Both the position numbers and the translations under genes were made by a program. Below, piece after piece: positions 28,886-39,282 of a DNA stretch of 64,000 nucleotides. The notes beneath the pieces were generated by a model. It was not told the DNA's origin. It saw only the letters and a list, made by a program, of their open reading frames with translations, and searched no databases. Location of the stretch: positions 23,048 to 87,047 of the forward strand of contig JAOZUO010000004.1 in the NCBI GenBank assembly GCA_029938605.1, read 5' to 3'. The number at the start of each line of letters is the position of its first letter. The first letter of the stretch is position 1. This DNA comes from Deltaproteobacteria bacterium. GTDB taxonomy: Bacteria > Myxococcota_A > Polyangia > HGW-17 > JAJRWW01.

Positions 28886-29036
28886 TTACAGCGCCGGTTT
28901 GGCGATCCTTGGGAGTAAAATCCGGGACGCTATACAGAGGTCAATGCGGCATGGCGGGTCCTTAGGGTCCGCGAATGGACAACTCAGTCGTCCTGGCCGC
29001 CGATCCATCCCGCTGGTCGGCGTCGCTCGTCGATTG

Positions 29037-30697
29037 GTAACCGTTCACGGGGTGTGACACCGCTTTGGTCTTCTGGGGGACCCCGTGGACCAGTTGGCGA
29101 CCATGCTTGAGGTGATGCCTCCGTTCGGGCGCGAGGCGAAGAAAAAGTTGACTTCCCGATCGAGGAGATCCTAATAGGTGGATCTCACGCCGACTCAAAA
29201 AGCTTGAAAGCACGCTGCAGCAGGTTCAAGAGGCACTCCTGGCTCTAAGCAGGGAGAACGCTGCGCTTCGTGAGGAGAACGCTGCGCTTCGTGAGGAGAA
29301 CGCTGCGCTTCGTGAGGAGAACGCCGCGCTCCGTACTCGCGTGGCGGAGTTGGAGGAGAAGCTGCGAACCGACTCGTCGAACTCCTCGAAGCCGCCATCG
29401 AGTGACCCACCATGGGCAGACACAAAGAAGCGCAAGCGGGGGAAGCGCAAACGTCGGCCCGGCGGCCAGCCTGGACACAAAGGAAAAACCCGTGCCCTGC
29501 TACCTCCCGCCCAGGTAGACGACTTCGTGACGTGCCATCCGCCAACGCTGTGTGGCTGCGGAGGGCATGTGGTCCGTACTGACGAGGACCCGCAGCGGTT
29601 GCAGAATTTGGAACTGGCGCAGATCAAGGCATACGTCACGGAGTACCTGCTGTTGAGCGGGCTCTGTGATCAGTGCGGAAGACTGCATCTTGGGAAGCTG
29701 CCCCCTGAATCTCCAACCGGCGTGCTGGGCCCGCGGGCGATGGCGGCAGTGGCGGTCCTCTCGGGCAAGTATCACTTGAGCAAACGACAGGTCGAGGAGG
29801 TCCTACAGGACCTACTGGGAATACAGGTGTCGTTGGGCACGGTGTCCAATACTGAGGCCCGGGTCAGCGCCGCCCTGGAAGCCCCTTTTGAGGAAGCCAG
29901 AGCTTACGTCCGCGAGCAACCCGTGGTCCACGCCGACGAGACGGGTCACAAGATGGCCGGGAAGAAGGCGTGGATGTGGACCGCGGTGACGGTTGCTGTA
30001 AGCGTATTCCTGATCCGTTTCACCCGTGCGACGAAAGCAGCCAAGGAGCTGCTGGGAGCCACCTTCGCTGGGATCTTGGTTTCCGACCGGTGGGGGGCGT
30101 ACAACTGGGTGGACACCACTCGGCGCCAGATTTGTTGGGCCCATCTCATTCGGGATTTGGTGAAAATCGAAGCGCGAGGCTGGCGCTCGGAAGAAATTGC
30201 TAGCGAGATTTTGGAGTATGTCAAAGAGATGTTTGTCCTGTGGAACACGTTCCAACAAGGCAAGCGTCAGCGCCCGTGGTTGCAGCGAAAGATGAAGGTG
30301 ATCCGCGAGAAAATTGAGGGTCTCCTTGAGCAGGGTGAAGTTTGCTACCACATCAAGACGCAGGCCACGTGCAAGCGGCTCCTTAAGTTGAAGAACGCGC
30401 TGTGGACCTACGTGGATGTCCCGGGTGTCGAGCCGACAAACAACCTTGCGGAACGCACGATCAGACCCTACGTACTCTGGCGCCGGGTGAGCTTCGGAAC
30501 GCAATCTGAGCGCGGCAATCGGTTCGTGGAGAGAATGATGACGGTGTCGGCAACCTGCAGGCAGCAGGATCGCAACGTGCTTGAGTATGTGACAGCGGCT
30601 GTGCAAGCTCACACGCAAGGGAAAGCCATCCCTTCTCTTCTCCCTCAGGCCAAAGCTGAAATTTCTGAAGCAGCAGCCTGACCCCGTGAACGGTTAC
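29037..30697 (+). mobile_element. IS66-family insertion sequence, single-ORF ISBst12 type, 1661 bp
   Basis: Perfect 17-bp terminal IRs GTAACCGTTCACGGGGT / ACCCCGTGAACGGTTAC enclosing TnpC; flanks GTCGATTG and CGTTAACG are not a direct repeat. Confidence 0.92.
29341..30681 (+). CDS. IS66 transposase TnpC
   Basis: NSSKPPSSD, GGQPGHKG, zinc-finger Cys, HADETG, SDRW..Y, QICWAHLIRD, TNNLAERTIR. Confidence 0.92.
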   Translation: MAELEEKLRTDSSNSSKPPSSDPPWADTKKRKRGKRKRRPGGQPGHKGKTRALLPPAQVDDFVTCHPPTLCGCGGHVVRTDEDPQRLQNLELAQIKAYVTEYLLLSGLCDQCGRLHLGKLPPESPTGVLGPRAMAAVAVLSGKYHLSKRQVEEVLQDLLGIQVSLGTVSNTEARVSAALEAPFEEARAYVREQPVVHADETGHKMAGKKAWMWTAVTVAVSVFLIRFTRATKAAKELLGATFAGILVSDRWGAYNWVDTTRRQICWAHLIRDLVKIEARGWRSEEIASEILEYVKEMFVLWNTFQQGKRQRPWLQRKMKVIREKIEGLLEQGEVCYHIKTQATCKRLLKLKNALWTYVDVPGVEPTNNLAERTIRPYVLWRRVSFGTQSERGNRFVERMMTVSATCRQQDRNVLEYVTAAVQAHTQGKAIPSLLPQAKAEISEAAA

Positions 30698-30978
30698 CGT
30701 TAACGTACGGTGTGCTAACGCACAACCTGTCGCACACGAGGTCACTGGGCCAGGTGTCCGGGTGAAACCTAGGCACGGTTGGGCAAACGAGCTAAATACG
30801 GATGACATCTCATTTTTTGAAGGCTATGACATCCGTGTCCGAAGCGTTCTCGTTAGGGCGAGGTTGTCCTACACGGGAATACGCCTACCTTCAACGAGGG
30901 CTGAGACCGAGCACTGGTTCTACCTTAAGACAGATATCGCAATCTGGCGGCCAGGGTCGAGCAACCTGGAGTGAATCG

Positions 30979-32595
30979 ATGAGTAGTCCGTCTCCGATTT
31001 TGAGGTCCCCCGCCTGCAAGTATCACACGAAGTTCCAAGCGTCGCTGTTGGATAAACGCACGTTCAGTGTGACCTGGGAGTTGGTCCTGGGTCGTGGTTC
31101 CTTCGAGCGGTCCCAGGAGATCGTGCTGGAGTCTGCAAACGCCGTCGCCAAGGGCGGCAAGGTCCATGCCCTCACCATCACCGACAACCCGGGAGGAAAC
31201 CCCGCCATCTCCTCGGAGATGCTCAGCGCCGAGCTCGCTTTACTCGGCGTCGAGTCGCTGGTGCATTTCACCTGCAAAGACAAGAATCGGAACCAGCTCG
31301 AGGGGCTCCTCTACGGCTTGGAGCGGGAAGGAGTTCGCAACCTGCTCGCGCTCACCGGAGACTATACCTCTGGCGGTTACCTGGGACGGTCCAGCCCGGT
31401 CTTTGATCTGGATTCCTGCCACCTCCTCGACCTGATTGGCGCCTTGAACCGTGGCCTGGAGGTGCGGACCCGAAATCGAAGCACCATGATGAAGCCCACC
31501 CACTTTTGCGCCGGCGCCGCGGTGAGCCCGTTCAAGGCGCTCTTGGTGATGAAGACCCTCGGTTTCGGGCACGTGCCCCTGGTGGGCAACATCTATTTGC
31601 TGTCCAAGGGGGCTGGGCGGTTGATGAACCGAAACGGGGTGGCCGGCTGTGTGGTTACGGACGAACTCATGCGGGTGCTGGAGGATGAAGCGGGATCAGG
31701 CGCCGCGGCCCAGGACAAGAGACTGGAGCGGGCGGCGAAGATGTACGCCCTTATGAAGGGCATGGGCTTCGCGGGCGTGCACATTGGCGGCCATGGGATG
31801 ACGTACGAGGACCTGTCGCTCGTCCTGGAGAAGGGGGAGGCCCTGACGCCGAGTTGGCGGGAGTACATCCGGGAGTTCGACATGCCGCAACCGAACGGCT
31901 GGTACTTCTTTGATAAGGATGAGGAGACCGGGCTCAACACCGAGGACCCCGTGGATCGCACCAAGACTCCCACGTCTGGTGGGCTGGGCTACGCGCTCTT
32001 CCGGCTGACCCACCGCATGATGTTTCGGGACAAGGGGCTCGTCTTCAGGCCGACGCGGGCCATCGCCAGGAAGGTCGACGGCAGTCGCTGCGAGCACAGC
32101 TTCACGCGCCTTGAGCAGGTCATGAAGGGGATAACCAACGAGTGCATGCATTGCGGCGACTGCGCGATGGCCGAACTCGCGTATCTCTGTCCGATGAGCC
32201 AGTGTTCAAAGGGCCAGCGCAATGGCCCCTGTGGGGGCAGCTTCGAGGGCTACTGCGAGGTGTATCCCGAGAAGAAGCAGTGCATCTACGTTCGCGCGTA
32301 CAACCGGCTCAAGTCCAAGGGGGAGGAGGAGACCCTGGCGGCGCTCCACATGCCCCCCGTGAACCACGATCTGCGGTGGACCTCGTCGTGGATCAACTTC
32401 TACATGGAGCGGGACCAGTGCGCCACACGGTTCGCCAAACAAGCCGTGCTGCACGCCGGGTCCCACGACGATGGACCTGCCTGCCACCACTGCAATCCCA
32501 GACCCTGTGACCTCGGTCCCGAGGAGGCGTCCGCTGCCGAGGAGGCGTCCGCTGCCGAGGAGCGGCCTCCCAGTCGCGACAAGAGCAAACCGTGA
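30979..32595 (+). CDS. metF: Methylenetetrahydrofolate reductase fused to a C-terminal Cys-rich MetV-like domain; apparent internal deletion
   Basis: TITDNPGG, HFTCKDKNRNQL, LALTGDY, then CMHCGDC..CPMSQCSKGQRNGPCGGS..CEV..CIY; ATG at 30979 after GGAG. Confidence 0.8.
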   Translation: MSSPSPILRSPACKYHTKFQASLLDKRTFSVTWELVLGRGSFERSQEIVLESANAVAKGGKVHALTITDNPGGNPAISSEMLSAELALLGVESLVHFTCKDKNRNQLEGLLYGLEREGVRNLLALTGDYTSGGYLGRSSPVFDLDSCHLLDLIGALNRGLEVRTRNRSTMMKPTHFCAGAAVSPFKALLVMKTLGFGHVPLVGNIYLLSKGAGRLMNRNGVAGCVVTDELMRVLEDEAGSGAAAQDKRLERAAKMYALMKGMGFAGVHIGGHGMTYEDLSLVLEKGEALTPSWREYIREFDMPQPNGWYFFDKDEETGLNTEDPVDRTKTPTSGGLGYALFRLTHRMMFRDKGLVFRPTRAIARKVDGSRCEHSFTRLEQVMKGITNECMHCGDCAMAELAYLCPMSQCSKGQRNGPCGGSFEGYCEVYPEKKQCIYVRAYNRLKSKGEEETLAALHMPPVNHDLRWTSSWINFYMERDQCATRFAKQAVLHAGSHDDGPACHHCNPRPCDLGPEEASAAEEASAAEERPPSRDKSKP

Positions 32596-32682
32596 CACGG
32601 GCGTTGTGATCTGGGCGTCGCCTGCCAATCCGACATCCGACCGAACTCCGCCAATGGTCTGTGTTTTTAGCTGGTTGTAAAT

Positions 32683-32698
32683 TGGTCTCCGCATTGCA
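32683..32698 (+). promoter_or_regulatory. Putative sigma54 -24/-12 promoter
   Basis: TGGTCTCCGCATTGCA (GG-N10-GC) about 125 bp upstream of the FG-GAP gene. Confidence 0.5.
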
Positions 32699-32821
32699 TT
32701 GGCCTGGTATGGCCGGGCGTGGATCGAGCAGTGGCCCGATGCCCTAGCCGATGCCAATGCCAGAGCACTTGCGTTCCACAAATCTTTGACGTTCTCCTCC
32801 GTGGAGAGGGAGGAACTCGAC

Positions 32822-35551
32822 ATGAGGCATGGCGGACATTTGATGCTGGTGGCGATGTTGATCGCGACCGGCTGCGGAGACGATGACGGCGGAAACAACG
32901 CCAATCAACCCGACACCAGCGTCGAGGGCGTCTGCGGGGATGGCACCCTGGACCTCGGCGAGGCGTGCGACGAAGGGGCGGCCAACAGCGACTCCACGCC
33001 GGACGCTTGTCGCACGTCCTGCCGGCTGCCCTACTGCGGGGACGGCGTAGAAGACGCAAGCGAGCTCTGCGACGAGGGGGCGGCCAACAGCGACCGGCTG
33101 TCCAACGCCTGTCGGACCGACTGCACCTTGCCGGTTTGCGGGGACGGGGTCGTGGACGGGGACGAGGCCTGTGACGACGGAGAGGACAACAGCCTCACAG
33201 AGCCGGGGGCTTGCCGCCCCACCTGCGAGCTGTCCGGCTGCCAGGACGGCGTCTACGATCCGGGAGACATCTGCTACCGCTTCTGGGACCTGGCTAGGCT
33301 GGGGGGAATGTTCCAAGCCCACCGCGTGGACGACGACCCTTACCCCGACCTAGTGGGTTACCACAACCAGGCGACGGGCACGTTCATGGTGCTGAAGAAC
33401 ACCGGCGCCGGCCTCGCCAGGGGCCGCGGGTACCTGACCCCTGGACGCCCAGGGCCGCCTCAAGGGCTCGGGAAGGTCACCAGCGGGCCCAGCCAGACCG
33501 ATTTCCTCGTCGGCGGCTCGACTCCACGCCTGGCGAGCGCGGACACCGCCGGCCGGGTGGGTCTCCCCGAGGTTTTCGTCGCCCAGGACTATAGCCTCGG
33601 CATGATTGACGCGGTGACCGGAGTAACGACGGCGGGCGGACAACGCTATCTGACCTTGCTGACGGGTACCTCCGGGAGCCACCAGCACTGCGCGGTCCCG
33701 GTGGACGCGTCCAATGCGCCCCAGCCAACGCAGATGCATTGCGATCCCCTCACTGCGTTGGGTTGGAACGACCTGCAATGGCCCGAGACGCTGTATACGG
33801 CGAGCAACCAACCGGTGCTCGTCTACTTGAGCACTTATTCGGGATATCACTCAGCGAATCTGGTGACCCTCGACGGACAGGCCCGCGTGACGGACGCCAC
33901 CGAAGTGGTCTATCCCTCGAGTAGTGAAATAAAACAACGCTGGATCGCCTACCCGGTTCGCGGCTCCGATCAACCCTACTGGGCAAGCCACTCGCGGGTG
34001 GAGGTCTGCAGTATGTGTGGCGTATTTGGTCCGCTGCTGGAAGTCCGGCCGTGGGATGCCGGCGGCGCCACCTTCGGCGCGACGGTCTCTCTGAACGCAA
34101 CGGACCTGTACGCCGATGAAGAATCTCCCATCAGGGTTCTTTTTGGTAATTTCGGCGGAACCGGGCATTGGAAGGACCTCGCGTTGATTTCCTCACCGCA
34201 AGGTGTAGAAGAGCCGCAAATCAGCGTGTTCTTGCACAATGGAGGGGTTGGGGATGGCTACCCGGTCCCACCGGCGCAGCAGCTGCAGTGCGCAGGTCAT
34301 ATTCCCTCGGGCCGTAACGCGATCGCGGTGGACCTCGACAACGACGGGGATGACGAGCTCGTATACCAGGATGATGAGTACCCGACCTCGCTGGTGGTGT
34401 TGTGGAACGATGGCGGGCTGAGCTGCACCGGGTTGGATGCCTTTGCGTACCAAAATCATGCCGATGACGAGGGCGCTCTGGCCCAGGTTGGCCACATTGA
34501 CGGCGATGCGTTTCCGGATCTCTTGCTACTCAAAAGAGGTCAGGATGGCGACGGAGAAGGGGCCACGTACATCCTGTACGGCGGCGCCACACCCAGGATG
34601 GAGGCGGTGGGCATGGGGTCGAGCGGCTCTGCCGGCCTGTTTCCACGCAGCGGTGACCCGCTCACCTCGGATCTCTACCTGTTGCATGGCATGGATCCCT
34701 ACGTCGTCGGAGTCGTGCGCCGGGACGCCGGCCGCTGGGTCACCGGTAGACCGCTGCAGGTCGTCGGGGGTGAGCCCTTGGCCGAGCACACCAGCTGGTC
34801 CTTCGTGACCGACCTGGACGGTGACTCCCAGAACGACGTCCTGATCATGGGGAGCAGCAGCACGAGCTCCGTTCTTCATAGTTTTACAGGCCCCTACTCG
34901 GAGTCTTCGGAGGGGTTCGTCGCTCATCGCCAGGATCCGCTGCCCTACCGACCGGGCATGGTTATCCTCGCCGACATGGACGGCGACGACCTGCCGGAGG
35001 TTCTCACGATCCGAAGCAACCCCATAGAGACCGGGAGCCAGACCGATGATCTGATCACGATCCTGCCCAACAACGGCGGCGCCTTCGACCAGACACCGGT
35101 GACCGTACAGACGGCCTACGATCCGCGCATCATCGCGCCCGGAGACTTCAACGGCGACGGCCTGAACGACCTGGCCACCGCGCACACCACCGCCGGCATG
35201 ATGGCGGTGCTGATCAACGACGGCGCCGGGAACCTCACCCTGGACGAGGTGACAGGGGTCTACATCACCCCCGGGGAGCCAGCTACGCTCTCTCCCATTG
35301 ATCTGGACGGCGACGGGATCCTCGACCTGGTGGTCTCCACGCCGCTGCACGGTATGGGGCCGATCTTCTTCCGCGGGCTCGGGGACGGGACCTTCGAGGA
35401 GGCCGTGGATCTGAACCTCACCGCGAGCGAGTTCGGAGTAACCACCGGCGATATGGACGCCGATGGATTTCCGGATCTGATCATCTTGAAGAGAATCACC
35501 GAGGGAACCCAGGACTCCTGGGCCACCCTGGTCCTACGCGCGACCCCCTAG
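32822..35551 (+). CDS. Lipoprotein with Cys-rich CGDG repeats and FG-GAP/VCBS-like repeats
   Basis: Lipobox-like ATGC, CGDG...E.CD repeats, multiple D(L/F/M)(D/N)GDG..D repeats. Confidence 0.85.
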   Translation: MRHGGHLMLVAMLIATGCGDDDGGNNANQPDTSVEGVCGDGTLDLGEACDEGAANSDSTPDACRTSCRLPYCGDGVEDASELCDEGAANSDRLSNACRTDCTLPVCGDGVVDGDEACDDGEDNSLTEPGACRPTCELSGCQDGVYDPGDICYRFWDLARLGGMFQAHRVDDDPYPDLVGYHNQATGTFMVLKNTGAGLARGRGYLTPGRPGPPQGLGKVTSGPSQTDFLVGGSTPRLASADTAGRVGLPEVFVAQDYSLGMIDAVTGVTTAGGQRYLTLLTGTSGSHQHCAVPVDASNAPQPTQMHCDPLTALGWNDLQWPETLYTASNQPVLVYLSTYSGYHSANLVTLDGQARVTDATEVVYPSSSEIKQRWIAYPVRGSDQPYWASHSRVEVCSMCGVFGPLLEVRPWDAGGATFGATVSLNATDLYADEESPIRVLFGNFGGTGHWKDLALISSPQGVEEPQISVFLHNGGVGDGYPVPPAQQLQCAGHIPSGRNAIAVDLDNDGDDELVYQDDEYPTSLVVLWNDGGLSCTGLDAFAYQNHADDEGALAQVGHIDGDAFPDLLLLKRGQDGDGEGATYILYGGATPRMEAVGMGSSGSAGLFPRSGDPLTSDLYLLHGMDPYVVGVVRRDAGRWVTGRPLQVVGGEPLAEHTSWSFVTDLDGDSQNDVLIMGSSSTSSVLHSFTGPYSESSEGFVAHRQDPLPYRPGMVILADMDGDDLPEVLTIRSNPIETGSQTDDLITILPNNGGAFDQTPVTVQTAYDPRIIAPGDFNGDGLNDLATAHTTAGMMAVLINDGAGNLTLDEVTGVYITPGEPATLSPIDLDGDGILDLVVSTPLHGMGPIFFRGLGDGTFEEAVDLNLTASEFGVTTGDMDADGFPDLIILKRITEGTQDSWATLVLRATP

Positions 35552-35569
35552 AGATCAAACCTTCAACTT

Positions 35570-38500
35570 CTATTTTTCACCGAACTTGAAGGTGGCCTTG
35601 TCGATGATGGTCGATAGAGTTCCCGGCTGGGCGTGCCGTTCGTTCGCCAGCGGATACCGGTCGGGCGCCAGACGATTGATCTCCCGCTCACAGAGGCGGG
35701 ACCACTCGTTGAAGCACCGCAGCCTCTTGGACTGGGCCAGGCAGGTCTTGTACCCATCCTGTGCCTTGGCGAGCACTGGATTGTGCGCCGTCCCCCTCAA
35801 CATATTGTAGGCGTCCCGGACCGCGCAGTCCTTGAGGAACGTTGGCTCCGATGCGTTGAGAAGCAGCTCGGCGTAGTTGTGGTAGATCATGGCGGAGCGG
35901 GCCACTGAGGCGATGGACCAGTGCGTGTCACCACGCCTGCCGTCGCCGGTGTCCACCCGGGTGGTGGTGATGACCGACATGAACTTCTTCACCAATTTCA
36001 CGCCCGAAACCAACTTCGACTTTTGCCACCTGGTGAAGCGCCTGATGGACCGCTTTGCTTTCAGAGGATTTTTCGGGTCGAAATCCAGCTTTCGGGGCAG
36101 GCTCCATTTGAGGTAGTTTTCGAACCCGAGCTCCGCGCTCATGAACGCCGCCTGGGCGGCGTAGTGTCGGGCGTTGTAGATCTTTGCCATCCGATCCGTA
36201 TCGTTCTTCGGGATCTTGAGCAGGCCGCGGCCCTTTGCCCAGATCCGCAGGGCCCGGGCGAAGTATCGCTTCGCCATGCGCACGTTGGTGCTTTCGCGCT
36301 TAAGAAAAATGATCTTCTTCTGCTTCTTATTTTTACCTTTGCGCCGGTAGTACCGGATCCGGATGCACTGGCCGTGGGTCTGAGTCACCTTGCAGCTCCG
36401 TCGCCACCAGATGGCTCCCAACTTGGACAGGGCTTCTATGTGCTTGTCCACCTCGCCCGCCGATCCATAGGTCCGGGCGTAGCGGTCCAGGTTGACCAGG
36501 ACACTGTCCTCGTCACCCTGGTTTTCGTACATCTTGACCACCAGCCAGAAAGCCTTGGCTGACAGTTTCTTGTACTTGCCACCCTTGCGACTGTAGCGCT
36601 TGATGAACGCCGCGGCGTTCTTCATCATTTTGAGCTCTTGGCCGAGACCACCGCGGAGCACGATGCCCCACAGGAGGCTTTCGGGCGCTTCCTTGCGTTT
36701 GGAGTACTTGTCGAAGAACCGCTCGTACCACTTGGCGGCCTTCTTGAAGAACGCCAGGCTGCGGAAGTTCCCCGCCAGGTAGTACATGGACAGGGCGCGG
36801 TGTTTGGACTTTTTGAACCGCTGCACGATGGTTCGACGCATCTTCAGCGCTGGCCCCAGCATGCCGGCCGCCTCGTAGCAGGATCCAGCGTTCCAGAGGA
36901 AGGTGTCGAGGTTGCTCGCGGAGGTATAGCGCGTGGCCATCTCCTCGTACGCAGCGCCGCACTCGGCGAACTTCCCGGCTTTGCTGAGCTGCGTGGCGTT
37001 CGCCCACATGGCCTTGAGCTTGTAGTCCTGCATCTTGGCGGCGAAATCCTCGTCCTCCATCAATTTTGGGGTTGCGATGAACTTGTCCACGTACCGACGG
37101 ACGTCCTTGTAGCGCTTCTTCACGCTGAGCATTCCGATGATCCGGAAGGCCGCCGTACGCGCCGCCTTGGGCATGTCATTTACGTGGTTTACGGCCACCT
37201 TGAGGAACAGCGGGAGCGCCTTGTCGAAGTGGTTGTGTTTCCAGTATATGTGGCCGGTGTTAAATACGATGGTCGGCAGGTACTTGGACCTCGGTATGTA
37301 CTTGCTGTAGGTCTTGAAGGCCTTGAGCATGGCCACGTGGGCCGCCGGGATCTCCTGTTTCGGGTACTGGTAGGTCCACTCGACGCAGCGCCGACGCTTC
37401 TTCTTGGCGCAGACCATTTTACTCTTGGCCCCGCTGCCCATGGAGCGGATCTCTTTGCTGGTGATCTTGTTGGCCTTCATCCAACAACGCACCGCGGCCA
37501 GGGCCGCATCATTGCGCTTTTTGATGTAGATTTTCTGGGCCATGGTGCCCGGCTTTGGCATCTTGACGATGGCCCCGAAGACGTGGGCCAGCTTCACCCA
37601 CTCGTGCAACGGTACGTTCGGATTCCCCTTGTTGAAGAACCAGAGCAGGTCCGCGTACTGGTAGCGCATCAGGTAGATGACCTTGGATTTGGGATAGGTC
37701 TTGATGTACTCCTCGTACAGGGCGCGGGTCTTGCTGAGGGTGTCCATGTTCTTCGGACCTTCAGCATGCCACTGGGTGGCCAGCATTTTCATGGTGTTCT
37801 CGGCGGAGCTCCGGCACTGAGTGACCTGCGGGGCCTTTCGGCCGAACTGCTTGATCAGACTGAGGGTGATCTTACCCAGCTGTTTCACAGCGCTCACCTG
37901 AGCGGCTTTGTTTCCCGTGTTGATGGTAGCGTCCACCATGGTGGTGGCCCACTGACAGCGGTTCTTGTCACGGGGCCAGCGCCGCCGGGCTTCGCCGAAG
38001 ATCTTGATGCAGTCGATGTTTTTACCTTGGGCGTAGTACATGGTGCCCAGCAGCACGAACATCGTCTTCGAAACGTGCGGACGCCCCCCGGACACTTTGT
38101 GGAAGAAGTTGTACGCCTGGTCGGGCCGGCCAATGTGGGTGAAGGCGCGGACCACGTCCTTGCGCGCCGCCTGGATCAGGTTCTTGCCACCGTGTTTGCC
38201 GCCCGAGACCTGGACGAACTTGGACAGGGCCAACCGATACTTATTGAGGTTGAGGTAACACCAACCGATCTTGTAGTTGGCGTAGGGTGCCAGCGGCGAG
38301 CTCTTGTACCGGGCTACTTTCTGGAAGACGGCGATGGCCTTCACGATGCGGCGGCTGTTGAATAAGAACTCCCCTTTGGCCAACAGGGCGTCGGGGATGA
38401 ATCGGGAGCGCGGATGCTCCTTCACCAGACGACTGAACATGGCCATCATGACCTGCGAGTACTGCTTGGCCTTGGCGTGTTTGCCGCGCTTCTTCTCCTG

Positions 38501-39100
38501 CTCGGCGAGGCTCTTGGTCATGTCGCCGACGGTGAAGATCACTTCGTCCATACGGCGGTAACTACCGTACTTCTTGTTGGTGGTGATGCGCACGTATTTG
38601 GTCACGGACTTGCGCAGCCAATCGTTGGCCCGGGCGAAGTACAGCTTCTGCCGCTTGCGCAACTTGTCGGCCAGACCTTTGTTGCCCGCCTCCCGGGCCC
38701 CGAAGATCCTGGGGTGTAGCGATATCCCGGCCTTCCACAGGTTCAGGCACATGGCGTTGTAGTGCTCAGCCACGCGGAACAGGTAGTCCGGGTACTTGCG
38801 GTCGCCGGGATCCGCCAGCTTCAGGGTCGACTCGAGCAGCCGGATCCCCCGGCGGATGAACCCTGCCCTTCTCGAAGCCAACCTCTGAAGCCTGGCCTGG
38901 GAATTGCGGATGACCGCCGCCTTGATCTGCTTGGGGGCGGTCATCTTCAGGGCAGCGGCCACAGACAGCCTCTTGTGCTTGCCCATCTTTTTGATTTTTG
39001 ACCCTTTGCGCGTGCCCAACTGGGCTTGTGCGGTCTGGGCGCTCAGCAGTCCCAACGTGGCGGCCACCAGGATGGAAAACGCAGTACGCGATTTCATCAT
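35570..39100 (-). CDS. Large exported TPR protein, GltD/AgmU-like gliding-motility component
   Basis: About 1175 aa, signal peptide, two TPR clusters (YANYKIGWCYLN), C-terminal CL..S.RL..FNEWSRLCEREI...P.RYP as recalled for myxobacterial GltD. Confidence 0.7.
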   Translation of the reverse strand: MMKSRTAFSILVAATLGLLSAQTAQAQLGTRKGSKIKKMGKHKRLSVAAALKMTAPKQIKAAVIRNSQARLQRLASRRAGFIRRGIRLLESTLKLADPGDRKYPDYLFRVAEHYNAMCLNLWKAGISLHPRIFGAREAGNKGLADKLRKRQKLYFARANDWLRKSVTKYVRITTNKKYGSYRRMDEVIFTVGDMTKSLAEQEKKRGKHAKAKQYSQVMMAMFSRLVKEHPRSRFIPDALLAKGEFLFNSRRIVKAIAVFQKVARYKSSPLAPYANYKIGWCYLNLNKYRLALSKFVQVSGGKHGGKNLIQAARKDVVRAFTHIGRPDQAYNFFHKVSGGRPHVSKTMFVLLGTMYYAQGKNIDCIKIFGEARRRWPRDKNRCQWATTMVDATINTGNKAAQVSAVKQLGKITLSLIKQFGRKAPQVTQCRSSAENTMKMLATQWHAEGPKNMDTLSKTRALYEEYIKTYPKSKVIYLMRYQYADLLWFFNKGNPNVPLHEWVKLAHVFGAIVKMPKPGTMAQKIYIKKRNDAALAAVRCWMKANKITSKEIRSMGSGAKSKMVCAKKKRRRCVEWTYQYPKQEIPAAHVAMLKAFKTYSKYIPRSKYLPTIVFNTGHIYWKHNHFDKALPLFLKVAVNHVNDMPKAARTAAFRIIGMLSVKKRYKDVRRYVDKFIATPKLMEDEDFAAKMQDYKLKAMWANATQLSKAGKFAECGAAYEEMATRYTSASNLDTFLWNAGSCYEAAGMLGPALKMRRTIVQRFKKSKHRALSMYYLAGNFRSLAFFKKAAKWYERFFDKYSKRKEAPESLLWGIVLRGGLGQELKMMKNAAAFIKRYSRKGGKYKKLSAKAFWLVVKMYENQGDEDSVLVNLDRYARTYGSAGEVDKHIEALSKLGAIWWRRSCKVTQTHGQCIRIRYYRRKGKNKKQKKIIFLKRESTNVRMAKRYFARALRIWAKGRGLLKIPKNDTDRMAKIYNARHYAAQAAFMSAELGFENYLKWSLPRKLDFDPKNPLKAKRSIRRFTRWQKSKLVSGVKLVKKFMSVITTTRVDTGDGRRGDTHWSIASVARSAMIYHNYAELLLNASEPTFLKDCAVRDAYNMLRGTAHNPVLAKAQDGYKTCLAQSKRLRCFNEWSRLCEREINRLAPDRYPLANERHAQPGTLSTIIDKATFKFGEK

Positions 39101-39282
39101 AGAGGTTTCCCTCACCTCTCCCCGGCGGCTATTAATGATTTCTGCAGGCAGTCTGTCCGGAGGTCGACCTCCTCCGAACGGCTCAACTTCCAGTATACAC
39201 CGTTTGAGCGCCCACCTACGCGGTTTCTACGCGATTTCTGCGCGGTCCCCGAGTTCTCGGCAGCCTGACGGTGTGGAGTTGT

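Noticed and set aside
30700-30975. Riboswitch (SAM, cobalamin or TPP) upstream of metF
   Set aside because: No conserved core could be matched by eye; an Rfam scan would be needed.
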